A DNA stretch of 64,000 nucleotides. It comes from an uncultured Gaiellaceae bacterium. GTDB taxonomy: Bacteria > Actinomycetota > Thermoleophilia > Gaiellales > Gaiellaceae. Location of the stretch: contig CAVVMR010000002.1 of the NCBI GenBank assembly GCA_963749515.1, forward strand, positions 69,854 through 133,853, written 5' to 3'. A model generated the notes under the pieces. That model was not told the origin of the DNA. It saw only the letters and a program-made list of their open reading frames with translations, and made no database searches. Positions 35,784-43,710 of this stretch are shown here, piece after piece. Within the stretch, counting starts at the first letter, position 1. Every line of letters begins with the position of its first letter. The position numbers and the translations under genes are program-made.

Positions 35784-36944
35784 GTGAACGGAGACCTGCT
35801 GACCGACCGGTCCGTCGGCTGCCTCGCCGGGGCCGCGGTAGGTGACGCGCTCGGCGGTGCGACGGAAGGCTGGGAGTCGCACGAGATCCGCGCGCACTTC
35901 GACGGCTGGGTGACCGGAATCGTCGAGTCGATCCGCCGGACGCTCAAGGTCGAGAAGGCGTTCTCGCCCTTCCACAAGGGCGACGGCCACGTCACCGACG
36001 ACACGCTGATGACGCGCGTCCTCGTTCATGCCTACGACGTCAAGCGGGACCATCTCGACGCGTACGACGTCGAGGCCTTGATGCTCCCGGAGATCGTCGA
36101 CAAGCCGATGTGGGTGCCCGAGCTCGGCCGTGAAGACCTCCTCTACCACCGCCTCTTCCTGGCCGAGAAGTGGCTCGTCCTCAAGCTTCGCTACGGCCAC
36201 GCCGACCCCCGAGACGCCGGGGTCGGGAACATCGTCAACTGCGGTGCGGCGATGTACATCGCGCCGGTGGGCATCGCGAACGCCGGCGACCCGCAGGGCG
36301 CCTACAACGAGGCGATCGACCTCAGTGGCGCGCATCAGTCCAGCTACGGGCGCGAGGCTGCCGGCGTGCTCGCGGCCGCGGTCGCGGAGGCGCTCCGGCT
36401 GGGTGCGACGGTCGACGACGTGGTCGAGACTGCGCTTCGCTTCGCGAAGGATGCGACGCGCTCCTCGATCGAGGCGGTGGTCGAGACCGCCGCGAAGCTG
36501 GACGGGTGGCGCGCGGGCGGGCTCGACGAGCTGCGCGGCGCGTTTGCACCGTTCGACTCGGTCGGGGAGCCGTACGCCCAGCCGGCGCAGAACGCACGCA
36601 TTCCCAGCAGGCTGCATGCGATCGAGGAGCTTCCCCTCGCTCTCGGGATGCTCGTCGCGACCGGCGGCAACTACGAGGAGACGGTGCTCGGGGGCGTCAA
36701 CTACGGGCGCGACTCGGACTCGATCGCCTCGATGGGCGGCGCGCTCGCCGGCGCTCTCGGCGGGATCGGAGCGGTGCGGCGCGACTGGGTCGACGACGTG
36801 TCGGCAGCGAGCCGGATCGACGTCGAGGAGGCGGGCCGGAAGATGGCCGTCGCCGCAGCCGAGATCTTCGTGCGCGACACGCAGCGGCACGAGCAACGCG
36901 CGCAGGCGATCGCGGCGCTCACCGCCGGCGAGGTGCCTGCTTGA
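35784..36944 (+). CDS. ADP-ribosylglycohydrolase-family protein (ARH/DraG fold), paralog 1
   Basis: ORF 35784..36944 with a GTG start. N-terminal motif GCLAGAAVGDALGGATEG and C-terminal metal-site motif GVNYGRDSDSIASMGGALAGAL. Confidence 0.8.
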   Translation: MNGDLLTDRSVGCLAGAAVGDALGGATEGWESHEIRAHFDGWVTGIVESIRRTLKVEKAFSPFHKGDGHVTDDTLMTRVLVHAYDVKRDHLDAYDVEALMLPEIVDKPMWVPELGREDLLYHRLFLAEKWLVLKLRYGHADPRDAGVGNIVNCGAAMYIAPVGIANAGDPQGAYNEAIDLSGAHQSSYGREAAGVLAAAVAEALRLGATVDDVVETALRFAKDATRSSIEAVVETAAKLDGWRAGGLDELRGAFAPFDSVGEPYAQPAQNARIPSRLHAIEELPLALGMLVATGGNYEETVLGGVNYGRDSDSIASMGGALAGALGGIGAVRRDWVDDVSAASRIDVEEAGRKMAVAAAEIFVRDTQRHEQRAQAIAALTAGEVPA

Positions 36945-38272
36945 GGTTGAGGGTGACTTGGGTTCAGCCCGAGGATCTCGTCGGGCACGAGCTCAATCAA
37001 GCCCGGGAGGAAGGGAAGGACGTCGACGACGTCGAGCGGCGGTGGTTCGCCGCCGGCGGCGCGCCGGCGCCGGGCCGCGGCGCGTCGCAGGAGCCCGTGC
37101 CGGACGAGCTCCGCGCCCTGGCGGTCGAGCTGCTCGACGAGCTGGACGCACTGCCGCGGCCGCTCGCGGCGAGCGAGCCGGAGACGTTCGAGGAGATCAT
37201 CGCCGCGGCGGACCCCGCCGAGCGGCGGGATCCCCTGGATCTGCCCGAACGGATCGCCGGCGCGTGGCTCGGCCGCGCCGCCGGCTGCGTGCTGGGCAAG
37301 CCGGTCGAGAACATCCCGCGCGAGGGGATCCGGGCGATCGCGGAGGCGACGGGCAACTGGCCGGTCGCGGGATGGTTCACCGCCGAAGGCCTGCCGGAGG
37401 AGGTCTCGGAGCGCTGGCCGTGGAACCGCGCGAGCCGGCCGACGAGCCTGGCGGAGAACATCGACGGGATCCCGGAGGACGACGACCTCAACTTCACGCT
37501 GCTCGGGGTGGCGTTGCTCGAACGGTGCGGGACCGGCTTCGACGCGCTCGACGTGGCGAAGATCTGGCTCGACTACCTGCCGCCCGGCCGGATCTTCACA
37601 GCGGAGCGGGTCGCGATGCGAAACGTGCTCGAGGCGTATCTCCCGCCGCAGACCGCAACACGCCGAAATCCGTTCCGCGAGTGGATCGGCGCACGCCTGC
37701 GGGTCGACGCGTACGGCTGGGCGGCACCGGGCCATCCGGTCGCGGCGGCGCGGATGGCCTGGGAGGACGCCCGTGTCAGCCACACCGCGAACGGGGTCTA
37801 CGCGGCGATGTTCATGGCAGCCGCCCACGCTGCGTCCCTCTCCGAGACGTCCGCGGCCGCCTGCGCAGACGCCGGCCTCTCCGTCGTCCCGGCGCGGAGC
37901 CGGCTGGCCGGCGCGCTCCGCGCCGCTCGCGATCTCGCGCGCGAGCACGAGTGGGAGACGGTCGTGGACGAGATCTACGCGGGCCAGGACTACCACTGGG
38001 TGCACGCGATCAACAACACCGCGCTCGTCGCCGCCGCGCTCTACGCCTTCGACGGCGACTTCTCGGGCGGCATCTGCGCCGCCGTTCAGGGAGGTCTGGA
38101 CACGGATACGAACGGCGCCGCGGTGGGTTCGATCCTGGGCGCGCTCGCGGGCACCGGCGGGATCGAAGAGCGGTGGTCGGCGCCCCTCGGCGGCCGATTC
38201 GAGAGCTCGCTGCCGGGGTTCGATGGGATCACGCTCGACGAGCTGGTGCAGAGAACGCTGGCGATCGCGTGA
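36941..38272 (+). CDS. ADP-ribosylglycohydrolase-family protein, paralog 2, with ~95-aa acidic N-terminal extension
   Basis: In-frame part of ORF 36170..38272. Candidate starts are TTG 36941 (TTGA overlap), TTG 36947 and GTG 36953. Motifs GAWLGRAAGCVLGKPVE and GGLDTDTNGAAVGSILGALAG. Confidence 0.75.
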   Translation: MRLRVTWVQPEDLVGHELNQAREEGKDVDDVERRWFAAGGAPAPGRGASQEPVPDELRALAVELLDELDALPRPLAASEPETFEEIIAAADPAERRDPLDLPERIAGAWLGRAAGCVLGKPVENIPREGIRAIAEATGNWPVAGWFTAEGLPEEVSERWPWNRASRPTSLAENIDGIPEDDDLNFTLLGVALLERCGTGFDALDVAKIWLDYLPPGRIFTAERVAMRNVLEAYLPPQTATRRNPFREWIGARLRVDAYGWAAPGHPVAAARMAWEDARVSHTANGVYAAMFMAAAHAASLSETSAAACADAGLSVVPARSRLAGALRAARDLAREHEWETVVDEIYAGQDYHWVHAINNTALVAAALYAFDGDFSGGICAAVQGGLDTDTNGAAVGSILGALAGTGGIEERWSAPLGGRFESSLPGFDGITLDELVQRTLAIA

Positions 38273-40038
38273 GCATCCCGCACGAGGAGCCGCGCGACCC
38301 CCTCGTTCCGAGGCCGATCGACCTGCCTACGGCGGTGCCGCTCGAGCCCGGCGCGGAGCTCGACGTTCTGGACACGGCGAAGATCCTCGCCGCCCCCGAC
38401 GATCCGGCCGACTGGCCCACCTGGCGTGAGACGCTGAAGCGCTGGCGGGCCGAGGCGGCCGCGCGGATCGCGTACGACGACGGTGCCTACCGCGCGCCGG
38501 AGCTCGCGTGGACGCAACAGTGCTTCTCGGTCGCGCTCGCCTGGCTCTGGGACGAGCTTCTCTACGACCACGCTGCCGCCCGCTTCACGCCGGAGCGGTT
38601 CTGCGAGGAGTCGGAGCGCGAGTTCGGCGGCTTCGACGGCGTGGTGCTGTGGCACGCGTATCCGGTGATCGGGATCGACGAGCGCAACCAGTTCGACTAC
38701 TACCGCGACGTCCCCGGCATCCGCGAGCTCGTCGCCGCCTTTCAGGCCCGGGGCATCCGCGTGTTTGTCAACTACAACCCGTGGGACGTCGGCACCCGGC
38801 GCGAGAACGTCGAGGATGAGGAGGCGATCGGACGGCTCGTGGGAGAGCTCGGCGTCGACGGCGTCTTCCTCGACACGATGAAGGAGGCGCGTCCGGGCCT
38901 GCGGGCCGCAGTCGACGCGGCGCGGCCCGGCGTCGCGTTCGAGGGCGAGTCGACACTGGCGCTGGCGCGGGTGTGCGACCACCATCTCTCCTGGGCGCAG
39001 TGGTTCAGCGACAGCCCCGTTCCCGGTGTCCTCCGCGCCCGGTGGTTCGAGCAGCGGCACATGCTCCATCACACGCGGCGCTGGAACAGGTCGCATCTGG
39101 AGGAGCTGCACAACGCCTGGCTGAACGGCGTCGGCATGCTCGTGTGGGAGAACGTCTTCGGCGCCTGGGTCGGCTGGAACGAGCGGGACAAGGAGCTGCT
39201 GCGCGCGATGCTCTCCGTCCAGCGCGAGCACGCCGGGCTGCTGGCGACCGGCGAGTGGACTCCGCTGGCCGCGTGCTCGAACGACACGCGCGTCGTCGCG
39301 TCACGCTGGACGGACGGCGAGACGACGCTGTGGGCTCTCGCCAACCGCGGGGAAGCGTTCACGGGGCGCGTCGGCGAGCTCGAGGTTCAGCTGCCCGCAC
39401 TCGGGATCGCGGCGTTCGTGAACGGGGAGCGGGTGGTGGTCGCGGGCGGCGGCGACGCGAGCTTCCCCGCACGGGAGACGGTGCGGGCGCCGGCTCCGGT
39501 CGTCCGGGTCGACGCCGTGCCCGAGGGATTCGCGGCGGTCGAGCCCCGGCCGCTCACAGCCGTCTTCCGCCTCCGCGAGACGGAGGGGTACAGCGAGGCG
39601 CCGTTCGTCGAGGAGTGGAAGCCGCTGCCGCCGCGGCTGCACAGCTTCATCGCGGTCGAGCGCCCGGCGCCGCGGGGGCGATTCGCCGTCTCGGTCCGCG
39701 AGGTCCAGACCGGGCTCGACCTCGCAGAGGCGCGCGCGTACGCCGCCTCCGTCGGCGCCCGGCTGCCGACCGAGGACGAGTGGCAGCTCGCCGCCGAGGC
39801 GGGTGTCCTGGATCTTTCCGGTCCCCGGGTCTGGAACTGGACCGAGAGCGAGCACTCGGACGGCCGGACTCGCTTCGCCATCCTCAAGGGCGGCTCGGAC
39901 TGGAAGGCGGAGGGGTCGGACTGGTACGTCGACGGCGGGCCGCAGGACCCAAACTACTCGCTGAAGCTGCTGCTGCTCGGCGGCGGCCTGGCGCGCTCCG
40001 CGAACATCGGCTTCCGGCTGGCCGTCGACCTGCCATGA
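38269..40038 (+). CDS. Uncharacterised fusion protein: N-terminal TIM-barrel glycosidase-like region plus C-terminal FGE-sulfatase (SUMF1/EgtB-type, C-lectin-like) domain
   Basis: In-frame part of ORF 36130..40038 from GTG 38269 (GTGA overlap). N-terminal part: GFDGVVLWHAYPVIGIDERNQFDYY...GIRVFVNYNPWDVG...LGVDGVFLDTMKE. C-terminal part (about 39679-40035): AEARAYAASVGARLPTEDEWQLAAE...VWNWTESE...ANIGFRLAVD. Confidence 0.65.
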   Translation: MSIPHEEPRDPLVPRPIDLPTAVPLEPGAELDVLDTAKILAAPDDPADWPTWRETLKRWRAEAAARIAYDDGAYRAPELAWTQQCFSVALAWLWDELLYDHAAARFTPERFCEESEREFGGFDGVVLWHAYPVIGIDERNQFDYYRDVPGIRELVAAFQARGIRVFVNYNPWDVGTRRENVEDEEAIGRLVGELGVDGVFLDTMKEARPGLRAAVDAARPGVAFEGESTLALARVCDHHLSWAQWFSDSPVPGVLRARWFEQRHMLHHTRRWNRSHLEELHNAWLNGVGMLVWENVFGAWVGWNERDKELLRAMLSVQREHAGLLATGEWTPLAACSNDTRVVASRWTDGETTLWALANRGEAFTGRVGELEVQLPALGIAAFVNGERVVVAGGGDASFPARETVRAPAPVVRVDAVPEGFAAVEPRPLTAVFRLRETEGYSEAPFVEEWKPLPPRLHSFIAVERPAPRGRFAVSVREVQTGLDLAEARAYAASVGARLPTEDEWQLAAEAGVLDLSGPRVWNWTESEHSDGRTRFAILKGGSDWKAEGSDWYVDGGPQDPNYSLKLLLLGGGLARSANIGFRLAVDLP

Positions 40039-41222
40039 CGCAGCCCCTGGCCGGGATCCGCGTCGTCGAGGCGGCCACGCTCTTTGCCGCGCCGCTGGCG
40101 GGGATGCTCCTCGGCGACTTCGGCGCCGACGTGATCAAGATCGAGCATCCGAAGCGTGCCGATGCGGCGCGCGGCCACGGCCCGAGCAAGGACGGCGTCG
40201 GCCTGTGGTTCAAGACGCTCGCCCGGAACAAGCGCCTGGTCACGCTCGATCTCTCCGCGCCCGAGGGCGCCGAGCTCTTCCTCCGGCTGGTCGAGAGCTC
40301 GGACGTCGTGCTGGAGAACTTCCGCCCCGGGACGCTCGAGCGGTGGGGGCTCGGCTGGGACGAGCTCTCGGCGGTGAACCCGCGGCTCGTGCTCGCGCGC
40401 GTCAGCGGCTTCGGCCAGACCGGACCGGACGCGACGCGCCCCGGCTTCGGGACGCTCGCCGAAGCTCTGAGCGGCTTCGCATCCCTGAACGGAGAGCCCG
40501 ACGGTCCGCCACTGCTGCCGCCGCTCGCGCTCGCGGACGGCGTTGCGGGCCTGGCGACCGCGTTCGCGATCCTCGCAGCCCTGAGGGCACGCGAGCAGAC
40601 GGGGCGAGGGCAGGTTGTCGACACGTCGCTCGTGGAGCCGCTGATGGCGCTCCTCGGCCCGCAGCTGACCGCCTACGACCTGCTCGGACAGCTCCAGCCC
40701 CGCACGGGCAATCGCTCGAGCCACAATGCGCCGCGAAACGTCTACCGCACGGCGGACGGGTCGTGGGTGGCGGTGTCCGCGAGCGCCGACTCGGTCGCGG
40801 CGCGGGTTCTTCGCCTCGTCGGCAGACCGGACCTCGTGGAGCAGCCCTGGTTCTCGACCGGGTCCGGCCGCGCGACGCACGTGGACGAGATCGACGAAGC
40901 AGTCGCAGCATGGATCAGGGAGCGCGATCGCGCCGAGGTGCTGGCGGCGTTCCAGGCAGCTGAGGCGGCGATCTCGCCGATCCACGACGCGAGCGACATC
41001 CTCGCCGATCCGCAGCTCGCCGCGATCGGAGCGATCCTCAGCATCGACGACGCCGACCTTGGTCCGATCAAGATGTCGAACGTGATCAGCCGTCTCTCCG
41101 AGACGCCGGGCGAGGTCCGCCACCCGGGCGGCCGCCAGGGCGAGCACACCGAGTCGGTTCTCGGCGAGCTCGGCGTCACCCCGGACGAGCTCGCCCGGCT
41201 ACGCGGCGAAGGTGTCGTGTGA
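40035..41222 (+). CDS. Family III CoA-transferase (CaiB/BaiF/Frc-like)
   Basis: In-frame part of ORF 38973..41222 from ATG 40035 (ATGA overlap). GIRVVEAATLFAAPLAGMLLGDFGADVIKIEHP, ENFRPGTLERWGLGWDEL, SGFGQTGP. Confidence 0.85.
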   Translation: MTQPLAGIRVVEAATLFAAPLAGMLLGDFGADVIKIEHPKRADAARGHGPSKDGVGLWFKTLARNKRLVTLDLSAPEGAELFLRLVESSDVVLENFRPGTLERWGLGWDELSAVNPRLVLARVSGFGQTGPDATRPGFGTLAEALSGFASLNGEPDGPPLLPPLALADGVAGLATAFAILAALRAREQTGRGQVVDTSLVEPLMALLGPQLTAYDLLGQLQPRTGNRSSHNAPRNVYRTADGSWVAVSASADSVAARVLRLVGRPDLVEQPWFSTGSGRATHVDEIDEAVAAWIRERDRAEVLAAFQAAEAAISPIHDASDILADPQLAAIGAILSIDDADLGPIKMSNVISRLSETPGEVRHPGGRQGEHTESVLGELGVTPDELARLRGEGVV

Positions 41223-41228
41223 TCGGCC

Positions 41229-41300
41229 GGGCCGCGAAGCGGCCCCTTCAGGGGTCTTGCGCGACAGGGGATCCGCTCCCGCGGATCCTCTGTCCTGCGC
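41229..41300 (+). promoter_or_regulatory. Two consecutive GC-rich hairpins between CoA-transferase and CitE-like genes
   Basis: First hairpin: GGGCCGC gaa GCGGCCC (41229-41245). Second hairpin: GCGC..CAGGGGATCCGC tccc GCGGATCCTCTG..GCGC (41259-41300), a 12-bp stem with one G-U pair plus an outer GCGC clamp. No T-tract. Confidence 0.55.
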
Positions 41301-41316
41301 CAACGAGAGGTGTCGT

Positions 41317-42132
41317 GTGAGCGTTCCGCCGCTTACCTGGCTGTACGTCCCTGCGGATCGTCCCGACCGGGTCGAGAAGGCGATCGCCTCGGCGGCGCAC
41401 GCGGTGATCGTCGACCTCGAGGACGGCGTCGCGCCCGCGGCGAAAGCGGACGCCAGGGCCAGCCTCCCGGCCATCCTCGGCAATCGTCGCGACAAACCGG
41501 TCTACGTGCGCGTCAACGCCGGGGATGACGACGACCTGGACGTCGTCTCAAGCCTCGCCATCGAAGGCATCCACGTGCCGAAGGTCAGCGAGCCGGGAGA
41601 CGTCCCTTCGCTCGAACTGCCGGTGCACTGCCTGATCGAGTCCGCGGCGGGCGTCGAGGCTGCCTACGAGATCGCCAGGACGCGTGGCGTCGCCGGCATC
41701 TCGCTCGGGGAGGCCGACTTGCGCTCAGAGACCGGTGCGCTCGAGGCCGGGCTCGACTGGGCGCGCGGCAGGATCGTGAACGCCGCCGTCGCCGCGGGGC
41801 TGCCGCGCCCACCGCAGTCGGTGTACCCGCACCTGAACGACGACGAAGGGCTCGCCCGCTCGTGCCGGCGCGGTCGCGAGCTCGGGCACCTCGGCCGCAC
41901 GGCCATCCATCCGGCGCAGCTCTCGATCATCGAGCAGGCGTATCTTCCGACCGAGGAGGAGACGGCTCGGGCTCGCGCAACCGTCGAGCGGCTCGAACAG
42001 GCGCTCGGCGCGTCTGCGCTGGCGGGCGGCGACTTCGTGGACGCCGCGATGCTCGGCATGGCGCGCCAGATCCTCGAGCTGGCCGAACGGTTCGGAACGG
42101 TCGCAGCGGCGCTTGTAGACGTTGACGATTGA
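41317..42132 (+). CDS. HpcH/HpaI-family lyase, CitE-like (citryl/malyl/citramalyl-CoA lyase beta-subunit type)
   Basis: ORF 41212..42132, with the start moved to GTG 41317 (GAGAGG 6 nt upstream). LTWLYVPADRPDRVEKAIASAAHAVIVDLEDGV, VRVN, ESAAGVE, GRTAIHPAQL. Confidence 0.8.
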   Translation: MSVPPLTWLYVPADRPDRVEKAIASAAHAVIVDLEDGVAPAAKADARASLPAILGNRRDKPVYVRVNAGDDDDLDVVSSLAIEGIHVPKVSEPGDVPSLELPVHCLIESAAGVEAAYEIARTRGVAGISLGEADLRSETGALEAGLDWARGRIVNAAVAAGLPRPPQSVYPHLNDDEGLARSCRRGRELGHLGRTAIHPAQLSIIEQAYLPTEEETARARATVERLEQALGASALAGGDFVDAAMLGMARQILELAERFGTVAAALVDVDD

Positions 42133-42202
42133 CATCTGTGTTACGGATAAGGTCAACAATCGTTAAAATTCGTAGCGGGAAAGGGAGTGGGTTATCCGCG
42201 CC

Positions 42203-43282
42203 ATGCCTGGCCGATCGACCCAGCAAGAGCTCTCGGCCGTCGACGAGTCCGGCCAGTTCGTACTGCCCCGGATCCCCACAGCGTTCTGGATCATCGACCG
42301 TGATCTGAGAATCACGACGGCGCACGGACCCGGCTTCGACACGCTGAGCCTGCATCCGGAGCTCGACTCGATCGTCGGCCTCGACCTCTTCGAGTACTTC
42401 AAGACCGACGATCCCGAGTTCGAATCCATCGCCAACCACCTGATCGCGTTGGCCGGGAAACCCGTCGACTGCCGGAGCGAGCTGAGGGGACGCGTAGCCG
42501 AAGTCCGGCTCGAGCCACTTCGAAGTCAAGGCGAGGTGATCGGCGTGATCGGGTTCGCACTCGACGTCACCGACCACCGCGTGCTGGAGGAGCAGATGCA
42601 GCGAGCCCAGCAGGTCGACTCGATCGGCGCGCTGGCCGGCGGCATCGCGCACGACTTCAACAACGTCCTGACGGCAATCACGGGCTTTGCCCATCTCGCG
42701 CTCAGCGAGGTCGAGCCGGGCAGCGCAGCGGTGGCTCATCTACAGCAGCTGATGCGGGCCACCGAGCTGGGCACCGCGATGACGAGCCGGCTCTTGAAGG
42801 TCAGCCGCGTCGAAGAGCCTGCTCCACGGCCGCTCAACCTGGATGCGGTCCTGCTCGACGTGGAGTTGATGCTGCGCGGGATGATTGGCACGCGCATCCG
42901 GCTGGTCCTGGATCTCGACGGCGCTCTGCCGCCGATCTCGGCCGATCCCATCCAGCTGCGGCGCCTCCTCGTCAACCTCGCCGTCAATGCGCGCGATGCG
43001 ATGCCGGCGGGAGGGGTCCTGACGATCGAGACGCGTCACGCCACCGGTGAGGGCGTGGTGGAGATCGCCATCCGCGACACCGGCACGGGCATGGACGAGG
43101 AAGTGCGTACACGCCTGTTCGAGCCGTTCTTCACCACCAAGCCCGTAGGCAAGGGGACCGGGCTCGGACTGGCCGTGGTACAGACGATCGTCAGGCAGTG
43201 CGGCGGTTGGATCGAGGTCGCGACCGAGCCCGGTCGAGGCACGACCTTCTCGATCGCCCTGCCTACCGCCGAAGCGGCCTAG
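42203..43282 (+). CDS. PAS-domain sensor histidine kinase
   Basis: ORF 42203..43282. PAS region, H-box AGGIAHDFNNVL, N-box NLAVNARDAM, G-boxes DTGTGM and GTGLGLAVV. Confidence 0.85.
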   Translation: MPGRSTQQELSAVDESGQFVLPRIPTAFWIIDRDLRITTAHGPGFDTLSLHPELDSIVGLDLFEYFKTDDPEFESIANHLIALAGKPVDCRSELRGRVAEVRLEPLRSQGEVIGVIGFALDVTDHRVLEEQMQRAQQVDSIGALAGGIAHDFNNVLTAITGFAHLALSEVEPGSAAVAHLQQLMRATELGTAMTSRLLKVSRVEEPAPRPLNLDAVLLDVELMLRGMIGTRIRLVLDLDGALPPISADPIQLRRLLVNLAVNARDAMPAGGVLTIETRHATGEGVVEIAIRDTGTGMDEEVRTRLFEPFFTTKPVGKGTGLGLAVVQTIVRQCGGWIEVATEPGRGTTFSIALPTAEAA

Positions 43283-43374
43283 GGTCTACTCGATCGCGGT
43301 CAGCGGCAGCGGCACGTGCCGATCCTCTGCAGGCTTCTGGTTTTCGATTCACATCGGCGCGCAATGCTGAGAAC

Positions 43375-43710
43375 GTGGACGACCCGCACGGAGGCTTTAC
43401 GGTCATCCAGCTCCGCGGCGAAGCGGACGCGTACACCGCACCCCGGATTCGCTCGGACCTGACGAGCGCCCTCGACACGCCGGCGCCGCTCGTCGTCGAC
43501 CTGTCCCAGGCCACGTTCATCGACTCGACCGTCGTCGGCATCCTGCTCGAGGGCCTGGCCGAGTACGAGAAGCGCGAGCGTGCGCTCGTCCTGCTGCTTC
43601 CGGACGAATCGGCGCCGGAAGTGCACCGCCTCTTCGAGCTGACGGGCCTCACCTCGCTGCTCCCGGTCGTGCGCACCTGGGACGAGGCCGCGAGCCGCGT
43701 CGCGAGCTAG
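43375..43710 (+). CDS. STAS-domain protein (anti-sigma-factor antagonist-like)
   Basis: In-frame part of ORF 43198..43710 from GTG 43375 (start uncertain). FTVIQLRGEADAYTAPRIRSDL...VVDLSQATFIDSTVVGILLEG. Confidence 0.7.
   Translation: MDDPHGGFTVIQLRGEADAYTAPRIRSDLTSALDTPAPLVVDLSQATFIDSTVVGILLEGLAEYEKRERALVLLLPDESAPEVHRLFELTGLTSLLPVVRTWDEAASRVAS

Noticed and set aside
34434-36896. 820-aa minus-strand ORF
   Set aside because: It lies antisense to the sugar-binding protein and ARH paralog 1 genes. It has no motifs and is dominated by Arg/Leu/Asp/Pro, so it is a shadow ORF.
36130-40038. 1302-aa plus-strand ORF spanning the ARH genes and the fusion gene
   Set aside because: Upstream of 38269 it is an alternative frame of the two ARH-family genes with Arg/Pro/Ser-rich nonsense-like composition. 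A real product with recognisable domains starts at GTG 38269, which overlaps the stop of the preceding gene.
42133-42202. AT-rich 70-bp gap upstream of the PAS kinase with a 7-nt inverted repeat CGGATAA...TTATCCG, considered as a possible riboswitch or sRNA
   Set aside because: The arms are ~40 nt apart, there is no conserved riboswitch core that I recognise, and the gap size fits an ordinary promoter/5'-UTR.
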